A DNA stretch of 26,381 nt from a virus (Duplodnaviria; Caudoviricetes): positions 1-26,381 of IMG/VR virus record IMGVR_UViG_3300012667_000240. One strand, written 5' to 3'. The notes beneath the pieces were generated by a model. It saw nothing but the letters and a program-made list of their open reading frames with translations. It was not told where the DNA came from and made no database searches. Shown here piece by piece: positions 1 to 7,833 of this stretch (the first letter of the stretch is position 1; every line of letters begins with the position of its first letter). The translations under genes were made by a program, and so were the position numbers.

Positions 1-488
1 CTTTCAATGGTATTTTGAAAGTGTTGGATACTGCTAAGAGTGGTACTCCTGATGTTGACTTCGCTAACGCTTTCACAGCTTCTAACGTAATCGCATCTCT
101 TGAGACTTTGATGGCTGCACTTCCTGCTACATTAATCGGTGATGCTTCTGTTAAGCTTTATGTAAACAGAAAGACTGCTCAACTTTACCGCCAAGCATTG
201 TCTGCTTTGGGTTACTTGCAACAGTTCAACGCTGCTTCTAACTACCCATTGATGTTCGACGGATATGAAATCTATGTATGCCCAGGTATTCCTGACAACG
301 TAGCATTGTTCGCTAAGCCTGAGAACTTGTTTGTAGGTACTGATTTGACTTCGGATTTTAATGAAGTTAAGGTTGTAGACATGTCTGTAACTGACGGATC
401 AGACAACGTAAGAATGGTTATGAAGTTCCGCGCTGGTACACAAGTAGCAGTTCCTGCTGAGGCTATCTTAGGATTCATGAATCCCTAA
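1..488 (+). CDS. Major capsid protein, C-terminal part (5' truncated by window edge)
   Basis: Frame is open from base 3 (FNGILKVLD...). The C-terminus GYEIYVCPGIPDN...NLFVGTDL..D.NEVKVVDM...DGSDNVRMVMKFRAG resembles HK97-fold capsids of Bacteroidota phages. Followed by a hairpin. Confidence 0.75.
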   Translation, partial: FNGILKVLDTAKSGTPDVDFANAFTASNVIASLETLMAALPATLIGDASVKLYVNRKTAQLYRQALSALGYLQQFNAASNYPLMFDGYEIYVCPGIPDNVALFAKPENLFVGTDLTSDFNEVKVVDMSVTDGSDNVRMVMKFRAGTQVAVPAEAILGFMNP

Positions 489-505
489 TTAATACTCCTT
501 TGTTA

Positions 506-539
506 AAAGAGTGGGTTGGCTATGAGCCGCCCATTCTTT
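506..539 (+). terminator. Stem-loop after capsid gene (attenuator/terminator or RNA stabiliser)
   Basis: AAAGAGTGGG..GGCT-ATG-AGCC..CCCATTCTTT inverted repeat; U-tail is weak. Confidence 0.6.
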
Positions 540-582
540 GCAAAGAATATTTCATAATAATAAAAAAAAATTACACACAGAT

Positions 583-1131
583 ATGAGCTGTCTAACTACC
601 GCTGGATTCCAAATTAATTGTAAAGAAGCAATTGGTGGAATTAAAGCTATCTATCTTGGCGCATACGCAACTTTTGCAAATGACGCTACTATTGATGGCA
701 CATCTAACTTAGTTACTGCATTGCCTACAGGTTCAGTTTATGAATTCGAATTGCCTAAGCATACCGGATCATTTACTGAAGAGGCTGCTATCTCTATTGA
801 GAATGGCACAGTATACTATACTCAAACTATCGTTGCCTCTTTCCATGGAATGAGCGCTGCACGTGCACTACAACTTCAAAACATCGCTAAAGGTCGTAAC
901 GTATTATTCGTTCAGGACAATAACGATAACATTTGGATGTGTGGATATAAAGATGGTGTTGAGGTTACTGCATTCACTACTCAAACTGGCACAGCCAAGG
1001 GTGACCTCGTAGGTTATACCGTTACCTTCACAGGCGAAGAGAAAGATAAGGCATACTTACTTGATCAAGATGCTGGAGATACTCCATTTGAAGACTTCTC
1101 TACTGTTACTGTAGTAGCAGGTACATTGTAA
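583..1131 (+). CDS. Virion structural protein, probable tail tube/major tail protein
   Basis: ATG at 583 after an A-rich leader is preferred over TTG 538. Beta-rich 182 aa with MSC..AG...CK...GGIKAIY start and TGTAKGDLVGYTVTFTGEE motif seen in Bacteroidota phage structural genes. Confidence 0.55.
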   Translation: MSCLTTAGFQINCKEAIGGIKAIYLGAYATFANDATIDGTSNLVTALPTGSVYEFELPKHTGSFTEEAAISIENGTVYYTQTIVASFHGMSAARALQLQNIAKGRNVLFVQDNNDNIWMCGYKDGVEVTAFTTQTGTAKGDLVGYTVTFTGEEKDKAYLLDQDAGDTPFEDFSTVTVVAGTL

Positions 1132-1155
1132 ACTAAATTGTGCTATCTTTAAAGC

Positions 1156-1566
1156 ATGATTTATTTACTTAAAAATACAGCAGCACAGCTCCTCTACTTG
1201 ACACTCAAGCAAGGGGAGCTTTTGCTGTCTAATACATACACTCATTATCTGCTTGAGCTAACAAATGAGCAGACACTTCAGAAGCTTTACGCTATCCCTA
1301 CCAAGGTAGCTGAGAATGATAGGTATACTACCATTCGTATTGGCACTAACGCTAATACACCAACAGCTGCAAGCCTACTAATTAACTATCCTGCAAGGTT
1401 TAGTTATATTGTTTACGGGCAAAATAGCAGCACTAATTTAGATCCTACCAACGCGGCAGTAGAAGGGGTAATAGAGAAGGGTTATTTGATAGTAGAAGAT
1501 ATTACTACTCCTCGTTTTACTGAGCCGAATTTAACAATAGATAACGATATTACTTACAATGGATAA
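1156..1566 (+). CDS. Hypothetical virion protein (neck/head-closure candidate)
   Basis: 136 aa ORF between the tail tube-like gene and the portal; overlaps the portal start. Confidence 0.5.
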   Translation: MIYLLKNTAAQLLYLTLKQGELLLSNTYTHYLLELTNEQTLQKLYAIPTKVAENDRYTTIRIGTNANTPTAASLLINYPARFSYIVYGQNSSTNLDPTNAAVEGVIEKGYLIVEDITTPRFTEPNLTIDNDITYNG

Positions 1567-3658
1567 TATAGCACAGCCATCAGTACCAATGTTAGTTAAT
1601 TTGGGTGCAGCAATGCCTCAGGAAGCTACCGAGAAAGAAACACCTAAAGGGTGGGTAACACTTGGCGAGGCTAACTTGTTTAGCAATTATCTCATTGATT
1701 TGTACTATGCCTCTCCTGTGCACTCTGCATTGACGATGAGCATATCTTTCATGATAGCAGGAAAGGAAATTAAGAGCAATAATCCTGCTGCACAACGTGA
1801 GATTGATAGACTTAAATTAAATACCATTCGCAGGCCTATAGCCTTAGATGCTAAGATGCAGGGCGGGTATTACTTAGAGGTGATTTGGTCAGTAGATAGA
1901 AGCACTATAGCTAAGATTAACCATTTACCATACGAGAATTGCCGCTTAGCTGTGGCTAATGAAGAGGATATTATACCCGGTATTTATTATTCTAAAGATT
2001 GGAGCGACACACGTAAGAAGAAAAACATTCCTGTGTTTATTCCGATGTATAACCCAACAACGAAAGCAGATGAGCCATCTCAAGTGCTATTTGTTGGAGT
2101 GATGACGCCAGGTTCTGCTTACTATCCGAAGCCTGATTACTACAGCGCTATTAACTACATCGAAATCACAAGAGATATCAGTGAGTTTTACCGAGCATTC
2201 TTAAGCAATGGAATGGCACCGAGCTATTTCTTGCACATGAATAACGGTATCCCTGATCCTGAGGAGCAGATGGCTATTCGCAGAAATTGGGAGACAATGG
2301 TGGGTGCTAAAAAAGCAGGTAAGGTAGTATTTACTTTCAACGAGTCAGCTGATAGAGCACCGCGTTTAGACCTTGTGCCTATGAGTGATGCAGATAAGCA
2401 GTGGCAAGAACTAAGCGTGCAGTCAAGAGAGAATATTTTAGCGGCTCACCGCGTAACTTCACCTCTACTTTTTGGTATTAGAGATGCAGGCGGCTTAGGT
2501 AGCAACGCTGATGAAATGAAGAGCGCTTATCGCATCTTCAACAGAAACATCATTGAGCCTTACCAACAAATTATAACAGATAGCCTTGAAGAAATTTTTA
2601 AAGGTATGGGTGTTATTGCTGATTTATACATTGAATCTAATGATATATTCGGCGAAGAAATCACTACAACAACTGTTGCACAAAATGCAACAACTCATCT
2701 AAGCGCTCAAAAAAAAAAGACTAATTTAGCCATTCCTGAGTCATTTGAGCCTACTAATGAGATGGCCGCAGAGGCTGAGTTAGGTTTAAAGTGGCGAGAT
2801 GAATATGGCAGAGGTGGTACTGAAGTAGGAGTAGCAAGAGCACGCGACATTAGTAATAAGCGTAACCTATCTTATGAGACCATTACACGCATGTACAGCT
2901 ACTTTGAAAGACATGAAGTAGATAAGGAAGCTACAGGATGGAATCAAGGAGAGGAAGGCTTCCCAACAGCAGGCAGAGTAGCATGGCAGTTATGGGGTGG
3001 TGATGCAGGGAGAGACTGGGCTACTGCTATTTACAATAGATATAAGACTGAATTATCTGCCGATCCGCAAGAAAAGCCGCCAATCTTTACAGAAGATGAT
3101 GAAAATTGGTGGTGTGAATTCTTAGAAGATAAGGGCGAGATTGTAGACGAGGAAGAGTGGGAGCTTATCGAAGCTGAGCCTGTTAATCTTGCTTCAGTTC
3201 GCAGTTATGCTGATCCTGATAAGCCATCTGAAATGGATAGCGGACTTTATAAAATCAGATACAGCTATTCAAAGAATCTAAGCGCTAATAGTAGAAAATT
3301 CTGCAGGCAGATGGTAAGCGCAGCTAATGCAGGTTACGTGTATAGATACGAAGATTTAACTGCAATGAGTGCAGATACTAATGAGCTTAATCCTAAGATG
3401 GGCCACAATGGCTCTACCTATAGCGTATGGTTATACAAGGGCTCAGTCAATTGCAAACACTACTGGGAGCGAAGAGTCTATTTTAGAAAGCGTGAGAAAG
3501 GAAGATTCATTGCAGATAATGGATTAGACTCAAGTAATCCAATTTCAGTGGCTAAAGCTATTCGTGCAGGAATGCCTCTTAAAGATATAGCTAAAGACTT
3601 CGCTACAGCTAACACTCGCACGTATGACTTACCTGATCATGGCAGATATCCAGCATAA
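1559..3658 (+). CDS. Portal protein with C-terminal fused accessory domains
   Basis: N-terminal ~370 aa has portal motifs (FLSNGMAPS, GAKKAGK, ILAAHRVTSPLLFGI, IIEPYQQII). It is followed by a GGTEVGVARARD...AWQLWGGD domain and a Cys/His domain (SRKFCRQM...NCKHYW) reminiscent of Mu gpF/SPP1 gp7-like morphogenesis domains. Confidence 0.8.
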   Translation: MDNIAQPSVPMLVNLGAAMPQEATEKETPKGWVTLGEANLFSNYLIDLYYASPVHSALTMSISFMIAGKEIKSNNPAAQREIDRLKLNTIRRPIALDAKMQGGYYLEVIWSVDRSTIAKINHLPYENCRLAVANEEDIIPGIYYSKDWSDTRKKKNIPVFIPMYNPTTKADEPSQVLFVGVMTPGSAYYPKPDYYSAINYIEITRDISEFYRAFLSNGMAPSYFLHMNNGIPDPEEQMAIRRNWETMVGAKKAGKVVFTFNESADRAPRLDLVPMSDADKQWQELSVQSRENILAAHRVTSPLLFGIRDAGGLGSNADEMKSAYRIFNRNIIEPYQQIITDSLEEIFKGMGVIADLYIESNDIFGEEITTTTVAQNATTHLSAQKKKTNLAIPESFEPTNEMAAEAELGLKWRDEYGRGGTEVGVARARDISNKRNLSYETITRMYSYFERHEVDKEATGWNQGEEGFPTAGRVAWQLWGGDAGRDWATAIYNRYKTELSADPQEKPPIFTEDDENWWCEFLEDKGEIVDEEEWELIEAEPVNLASVRSYADPDKPSEMDSGLYKIRYSYSKNLSANSRKFCRQMVSAANAGYVYRYEDLTAMSADTNELNPKMGHNGSTYSVWLYKGSVNCKHYWERRVYFRKREKGRFIADNGLDSSNPISVAKAIRAGMPLKDIAKDFATANTRTYDLPDHGRYPA
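2709..2724 (+). other. Candidate -1 frameshift/slippage site (A10; A_AAA_AAG) with -1 frame stop
   Basis: CAA AAA AAA AAG ACT AA; the -1 frame reads AAA AAA GAC TAA (stop 2722-2724). Confidence 0.5.
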
Positions 3659-3677
3659 TAATTAAACACTAAACACA

Positions 3678-4250
3678 ATGGCAATAGCACCTGAAATATT
3701 ATTTATTAACGAGGAATTCTTAAAGAAATACACTCAGTTAAATGAGGCTGTAGATACTAACCTTATTCGTCCTGCTATGTACTTGGCACAAGATAAGTAC
3801 ATGACTTTGTACCTTGGAACTGACCTTACCAATAAGATTAAATCTGAGATAGAAAACGGCACATTAACAGGAGTGTATGAGACTCTATTAAATGAGTACA
3901 TCGTTAAGCCAACGGCTTGGTGGTGTATGGTAGAGCTTTATCCTTTCCTAATGTACAAGCATGATAATGGTAACTTAGTTACACGTCAATCTGAAAACAC
4001 TACAGCTATTAGTAAGGGTGAGATGGATTCATTAGTAGAGAAAGCACGTGAGAATGCTCAGTGGTATACACAAAGATTGGTAGATTACTTGTGCGACAAT
4101 AGCAGCAGCTACCCTGAATACAGCTCTAATAACTTTCCTGATATTCACCCATTACGCAAAGTGAACAGGCAGAGCACTGTAGCTTTTAGTGAGGGTAGAA
4201 ATTACGATAGCGCATGGAGTCGATTCAACGTGAGAGATTTCACTAATTAA
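3678..4250 (+). CDS. Head-tail adaptor/connector-like protein
   Basis: Directly follows the portal; mostly helical, with AQDKY..LYLGTDL and YTQRLVDYLC...YPEY motifs. Confidence 0.55.
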   Translation: MAIAPEILFINEEFLKKYTQLNEAVDTNLIRPAMYLAQDKYMTLYLGTDLTNKIKSEIENGTLTGVYETLLNEYIVKPTAWWCMVELYPFLMYKHDNGNLVTRQSENTTAISKGEMDSLVEKARENAQWYTQRLVDYLCDNSSSYPEYSSNNFPDIHPLRKVNRQSTVAFSEGRNYDSAWSRFNVRDFTN

Positions 4251-4256
4251 TAAAGG

Positions 4257-4370
4257 ATGACAAAGGAAGAAAAAACACGCAAGGACTATGAGCGCAAGCT
4301 TAAAGTCTACTTATCTAAACGCGATAAAGAATTAAGAAAGAATGAAAGCACCAACAATCGAAGAGCTTAA
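4257..4370 (+). CDS. Small basic hypothetical protein, 37 aa (not in ORF track)
   Basis: MTKEEKTRKDYERKLKVYLSKRDKELRKNESTNNRRA*; fills the gap between adaptor and lysin. Confidence 0.45.
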   Translation: MTKEEKTRKDYERKLKVYLSKRDKELRKNESTNNRRA

Positions 4371-4887
4371 GGCTCAATTTACCGAGCTTGGCTATAAATG
4401 GCCTACCATTCATATCGTGGGTATCCGCAGCAAAGCTAACGAGCCTAATAAATTTGATGATCTAATAGGATTGGTGCAAGGAGATCAGGTGAATTGGTAC
4501 ACTGGCACTACTAATCCAGGTACTTTTTGGCTGAATAATCCTATTAATAACGTAGGCACAGCTGTTTTAAAGGCAGGACAATACGTAGACACTTATGTTA
4601 TAGGCTTACATCAGGGAAAATACACCGCTTTAAAGCAGGCTAAGAAAGTAACAGTGTTTAGAGATGCTGATAAAGATTCAGTGGCTGAGGAGCAAGGCAA
4701 AGAGGAAACAGGGCTATTCGGTATTAATATCCATCGCGCTAACGAATCTACTGAGTCTCGCAACATTGACAAGTGGAGCGCAGGCTGCCAAGTGTTAAAC
4801 ATTCCTAAGCAATACAAAGAGCTAATCCAAGCATGCATTAAATCAAACAAAAAGGCATTTACTTACACTTTATTACATGAGCAGTAA
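4342..4887 (+). CDS. Putative endolysin, L,D-transpeptidase (YkuD)-like cysteine enzyme
   Basis: GINIHRA...WSAGCQV matches the H-x(n)-S-x-G-C catalytic signature; heads a cluster of membrane-protein genes. Confidence 0.65.
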   Translation: MKAPTIEELKAQFTELGYKWPTIHIVGIRSKANEPNKFDDLIGLVQGDQVNWYTGTTNPGTFWLNNPINNVGTAVLKAGQYVDTYVIGLHQGKYTALKQAKKVTVFRDADKDSVAEEQGKEETGLFGINIHRANESTESRNIDKWSAGCQVLNIPKQYKELIQACIKSNKKAFTYTLLHEQ

Positions 4888-5050
4888 ACAAGAAATAGCC
4901 GAAGGAGTAACCGGTACAATCAGCAGTATTTTGCTTAGTGTTCCTGCATGGATGGTAGATGTAGAATTCGCACTGAAGATTATTTGCTTAATCTTATCAG
5001 GTGTAGCTTCAGTTATTACTATCTATAAGATGAATAAGAAACGTAGATGA
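4877..5050 (+). CDS. Small membrane protein, holin/antiholin candidate, 57 aa (not in ORF track)
   Basis: MSSKQEIAEGVTGTISSILLSVPAWMVDVEFALKIICLILSGVASVITIYKMNKKRR*; two hydrophobic segments, basic tail, ATGA-coupled to the next gene. Confidence 0.65.
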   Translation: MSSKQEIAEGVTGTISSILLSVPAWMVDVEFALKIICLILSGVASVITIYKMNKKRR

Positions 5051-5295
5051 AATGGCTTAAGAGCATATTTAGTAACGAGTCAGATGCGAGCTCTAAGCGA
5101 GTGGCTTCTATCTTAGCGTTACTTGTATGCATTAACTTAAGTTACATTGGAACGTTTACAGATTATAAGACTCCCGAATACATGTTTGACGGCTTATTGA
5201 TTTTAGCAGGGGGTGGATTAGGATTAACTGTTATAGAGTCTATCTTTGCCAATAAAAAGAAATCTAATGACTCAACAAGCCAAGAATCAAATTAA
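5047..5295 (+). CDS. Holin-like two-TM membrane protein
   Basis: SSKRV followed by two hydrophobic helices and a charged C-terminus; lies in the lysis cluster. Confidence 0.6.
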   Translation: MKWLKSIFSNESDASSKRVASILALLVCINLSYIGTFTDYKTPEYMFDGLLILAGGGLGLTVIESIFANKKKSNDSTSQESN

Positions 5296-5623
5296 AGGAG
5301 CAGCAGTTATAGTAGTAGCAGTAACCATCTGCGCTGTTATGCAAATAATGTACATTGCCTTAAAGGATAGCAAGAAAGCCATTGAAGGATATGAGCGCAG
5401 ATCGGAGAGAGCAACTCACGTAATAGATTCTTTAGAGGCTACAAACGTGCAGCGCATGCTTCAGATTGAGGAGTTAAATCAGCAGTTAGAAAGAAATAAA
5501 GAAATTTATGAAGCAAACATTAGCGCTATTGATTCTCTTGATAAGCATGGGCTGCGCAGAGCCATGCACAATCTACTCTCAAGCCTTACCGAAGAGAGAT
5601 ACCCTGGTCAGCTTAACGAGTGA
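5267..5623 (+). CDS. i-spanin-like protein (N-terminal TM + coiled coil)
   Basis: ATG 5267 preferred; one N-terminal TM then a heptad-rich helix; overlapped by the next ORF as in Rz/Rz1. Confidence 0.55.
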   Translation: MTQQAKNQIKGAAVIVVAVTICAVMQIMYIALKDSKKAIEGYERRSERATHVIDSLEATNVQRMLQIEELNQQLERNKEIYEANISAIDSLDKHGLRRAMHNLLSSLTEERYPGQLNE

Positions 5624-5906
5624 GCAAGTAAGAAGCCTGCTTAAGCTCAAGGCTGAGCGTGACTATCTTAAAGGGCAAGTAGTATTATTATCAAAAAGTG
5701 ATAGCATTGCAAGTTTTGTCATTAAGGACCAAGCTAAGACTATAGATGCCTACACTATTCTAAACGAAAAGACTGCTCAGCAGTTAATCAAATCACAGGA
5801 GCAGCTATACAAAGAAGCTGCACGTAAAGAATCATGGCGCAATACAGCGCTTATAGGTATTCCCATCTCATTCGTGGGTGGTATTATCTTCTCTATTATA
5901 TTCTGA
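5508..5906 (+). CDS. Spanin-partner-like exported protein (signal peptide/possible lipobox + coiled coil + C-terminal TM)
   Basis: MKQTLALLILLISMGC signal-like N-terminus; C-terminal hydrophobic ALIGIPISFVGGIIFSIIF; 116 nt overlap with the upstream ORF. Confidence 0.55.
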   Translation: MKQTLALLILLISMGCAEPCTIYSQALPKRDTLVSLTSEQVRSLLKLKAERDYLKGQVVLLSKSDSIASFVIKDQAKTIDAYTILNEKTAQQLIKSQEQLYKEAARKESWRNTALIGIPISFVGGIIFSIIF

Positions 5907-5919
5907 ACTAACATTCTTT

Positions 5920-5928
5920 TGTTAATAA
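5920..5928 (-). promoter_or_regulatory. DnaA box-like 9-mer (TTATTAACA, 1 mismatch)
   Basis: TGTTAATAA on + compared with consensus TT(A/T)TNCACA. Confidence 0.4.
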
Positions 5929-5956
5929 CTTTGCTACATTTAGCAAGGTTTTTTTT
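5929..5956 (+). terminator. Rho-independent terminator ending the structural/lysis operon
   Basis: CTTTGCTA-CATT-TAGCAAGG hairpin followed by T8. Confidence 0.8.
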
Positions 5957-5984
5957 GTTTATGTGAAATTTGCTTGTACATTTG
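5954..5984 (+). promoter_or_regulatory. Bacteroidota primary-sigma promoter (early operon)
   Basis: TTTG (5954-5957), 19 nt spacer, TACATTTG (5977-5984); matches the -33/-7 consensus TTTG...TAnnTTTG. Confidence 0.8.
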
Positions 5985-6006
5985 CTAAAATTAAATCAAT
6001 AAGCAA

Positions 6007-6120
6007 ATGAAAAAAGCACTACTCTTCTTAGCCATGCTAATAGCAGGCCTACTCATCGGAGGATCATTCGATGCAGACACTCAGAAATTAGAATCACAAC
6101 CTAATCACGTCAGCAAATGA
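6007..6120 (+). CDS. Small exported/membrane peptide, 37 aa (not in ORF track)
   Basis: MKKALLFLAMLIAGLLIGGSFDADTQKLESQPNHVSK*; first ORF after the promoter, ATGA-coupled to the next gene. Confidence 0.6.
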   Translation: MKKALLFLAMLIAGLLIGGSFDADTQKLESQPNHVSK

Positions 6121-6389
6121 AACAAGATTTATCATATTTTTTAAATCAAACTTTTGATGAACTTGAGAATATTAACAATAACTTTTTAAACATAAAAAAA
6201 CAGCCTGTGAAAACACTTTTTCAAATTGTAGAAGTAGCCAAGTATGATGGCACTCGTTATTACTTATACGTAGATGGCTCATGCCACAAATCATTCAGCA
6301 CTTATGAAGAGGCTTACTGCGAGTATACGCTGGCCATTAACTTCAGAGAGACTCGCACAGTCTTAGTAAGCAAGGAGGTAGAATTATGA
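6117..6389 (+). CDS. Hypothetical early protein
   Basis: 90 aa ORF, translationally coupled at both ends. Confidence 0.6.
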   Translation: MKQDLSYFLNQTFDELENINNNFLNIKKQPVKTLFQIVEVAKYDGTRYYLYVDGSCHKSFSTYEEAYCEYTLAINFRETRTVLVSKEVEL

Positions 6390-6616
6390 GCTTCGTACTT
6401 AAAGTAACTCCACTACGTGAGGATAGAATCAGCTTATACACCCGCTTAAATATCCCTACCCGCTTTGAAGCAGAGACCTTTGAGGTGGCGCAGCAGATGG
6501 CACTAATGTTATTCGACCTTTACAACTTCAAAGAGACTCTGCCCTTCCAGGAAGAGTTCACAGAATATTCTATTGAAGGTGAAGGATTTTTGATTGAGAT
6601 AGAAAAAGTTTTATAA
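6386..6616 (+). CDS. Hypothetical early protein
   Basis: 76 aa ORF, ATGA overlap. Confidence 0.6.
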   Translation: MSFVLKVTPLREDRISLYTRLNIPTRFEAETFEVAQQMALMLFDLYNFKETLPFQEEFTEYSIEGEGFLIEIEKVL

Positions 6617-6636
6617 ATTAGCAAAAATTAATAATC

Positions 6637-6867
6637 ATGAATAAACCAAACAATCTAACCGGTAAGGTTATCGTAAGTAGGTGGGATGCCGAGGCTTGCA
6701 CATGGAGACTGTACACATCAGCACACTCCTATTCTTTAAATGATTTCTCAATTGCCAAGAAACATGGTGAGGTATTCCCTGAAGATGGGACATTCTTATA
6801 CCAGTTCGAAAGCGAAGATGAGAACAACGTACACGATTACTTTATGAGCGACCGCTATGTTATCTGA
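6637..6867 (+). CDS. Hypothetical early protein
   Basis: 76 aa ORF with A-rich leader. Confidence 0.6.
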   Translation: MNKPNNLTGKVIVSRWDAEACTWRLYTSAHSYSLNDFSIAKKHGEVFPEDGTFLYQFESEDENNVHDYFMSDRYVI

Positions 6868-7024
6868 TCGCGCAAAGAGCAGATTCATCTGCGTGCAGAG
6901 TTCAGTAGCGGGAGAGCAACTGAATTACAATGAAATAGTACAGCATCTTCAATACGCAAAAGGCACAACTGCCTACGAAAATTGGAGAGCGCACTTCATC
7001 AATAATCCACATGAGCTACAATAG
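6857..7024 (+). CDS. Hypothetical protein, 55 aa (not in ORF track)
   Basis: MLSDRAKSRFICVQSSVAGEQLNYNEIVQHLQYAKGTTAYENWRAHFINNPHELQ*; overlaps both neighbours. Confidence 0.5.
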   Translation: MLSDRAKSRFICVQSSVAGEQLNYNEIVQHLQYAKGTTAYENWRAHFINNPHELQ

Positions 7025-7631
7025 AGAGCCTGATTGGAACAAACTCAAGCCTGAGATAGATTGGGATGAGATGGAAGAAAAGTTAGCAGATAAATTAAGT
7101 ACGTATATTAATCAAAACAAAATAAAACAAACAGTTATGAATCAGTCAGTAGTAAAATCACAGAAATTCGTTAGAGATTGGAATGGCCCATCAGGTACAA
7201 TCTATTACTTCGACCTTGTGTTAGAGAATGGAGAGGTAGGCCAGGTAGGTGTAAAGGATATGAACAGCCCAAAGATTGCAGTAGGCGCTACTATTCACTA
7301 CATTGCCGAAGAGCGCACTGGACCAACAGGCCGCAAGTCAACTAATTTTAAATTGCAAAATCCTAATCCATTTAATGGAGCAGGAAAAGGCATAGTGCAA
7401 TCAGCATACACTTCGCGCAAAGAATCACCTGAAGTGCAGAACTCTATCAGCAGATCAGTGGCGCTTAACAATGCAGTGCTATTCTGCAAAGAGACTAAGG
7501 GAAGTAAGCCAGGTGATGTGATAGAGACTGCTGAGATATTCTTAGCATGGCTTAAGGAAGAGGAAGTTAAAGTTAGTTCACCAATTAATACTAAATTAGA
7601 TGAAGCAGCAGACGATGAAATGCCATTCTAA
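7011..7631 (+). CDS. Putative single-stranded DNA-binding protein
   Basis: Beta-rich OB-like core and acidic tail DEAADDEMPF typical of SSBs; alternative start ATG 7137. Confidence 0.6.
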   Translation: MSYNREPDWNKLKPEIDWDEMEEKLADKLSTYINQNKIKQTVMNQSVVKSQKFVRDWNGPSGTIYYFDLVLENGEVGQVGVKDMNSPKIAVGATIHYIAEERTGPTGRKSTNFKLQNPNPFNGAGKGIVQSAYTSRKESPEVQNSISRSVALNNAVLFCKETKGSKPGDVIETAEIFLAWLKEEEVKVSSPINTKLDEAADDEMPF

Positions 7632-7833
7632 GCTTACTCCATTTCACAGCTGGGTACGCAGTCACTTTGTGACTGTGGCTCAGTTCGCTGAAGTGTTAGA
7701 GGTAAGTTACCCTACAGCCCAAAAGTATATTAAGCAGCCTCGCAGTATGAAGGTTACGCACATAGGCAAGCTTGCTAATATTACTGAGGAAGAGATACCA
7801 TATATTTTAGAATTAATGAAAGATAGCAAATGA
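7600..7833 (+). CDS. Cro/XRE-like helix-turn-helix protein
   Basis: TVAQFAEVLEVSYPTAQKYIKQP...IGKLANI HTH pattern. Confidence 0.6.
   Translation: MKQQTMKCHSKLTPFHSWVRSHFVTVAQFAEVLEVSYPTAQKYIKQPRSMKVTHIGKLANITEEEIPYILELMKDSK

Noticed and set aside
538-582. TTG-started N-terminal extension and A-run before the tail tube-like gene
   Set aside because: The A-rich stretch is a typical Bacteroidota translation initiation region for ATG 583, not coding sequence or a slippage site.
4248-4370. Possible stop read-through from the adaptor gene into the in-frame 37 aa ORF
   Set aside because: Two tandem TAA stops intervene and the small ORF has its own ATG.
6589-6621. Second early promoter (TTTG...TAAATTAG)
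   Set aside because: The -7 element deviates from TAnnTTTG and the region is AT-rich; possible but not supportable.
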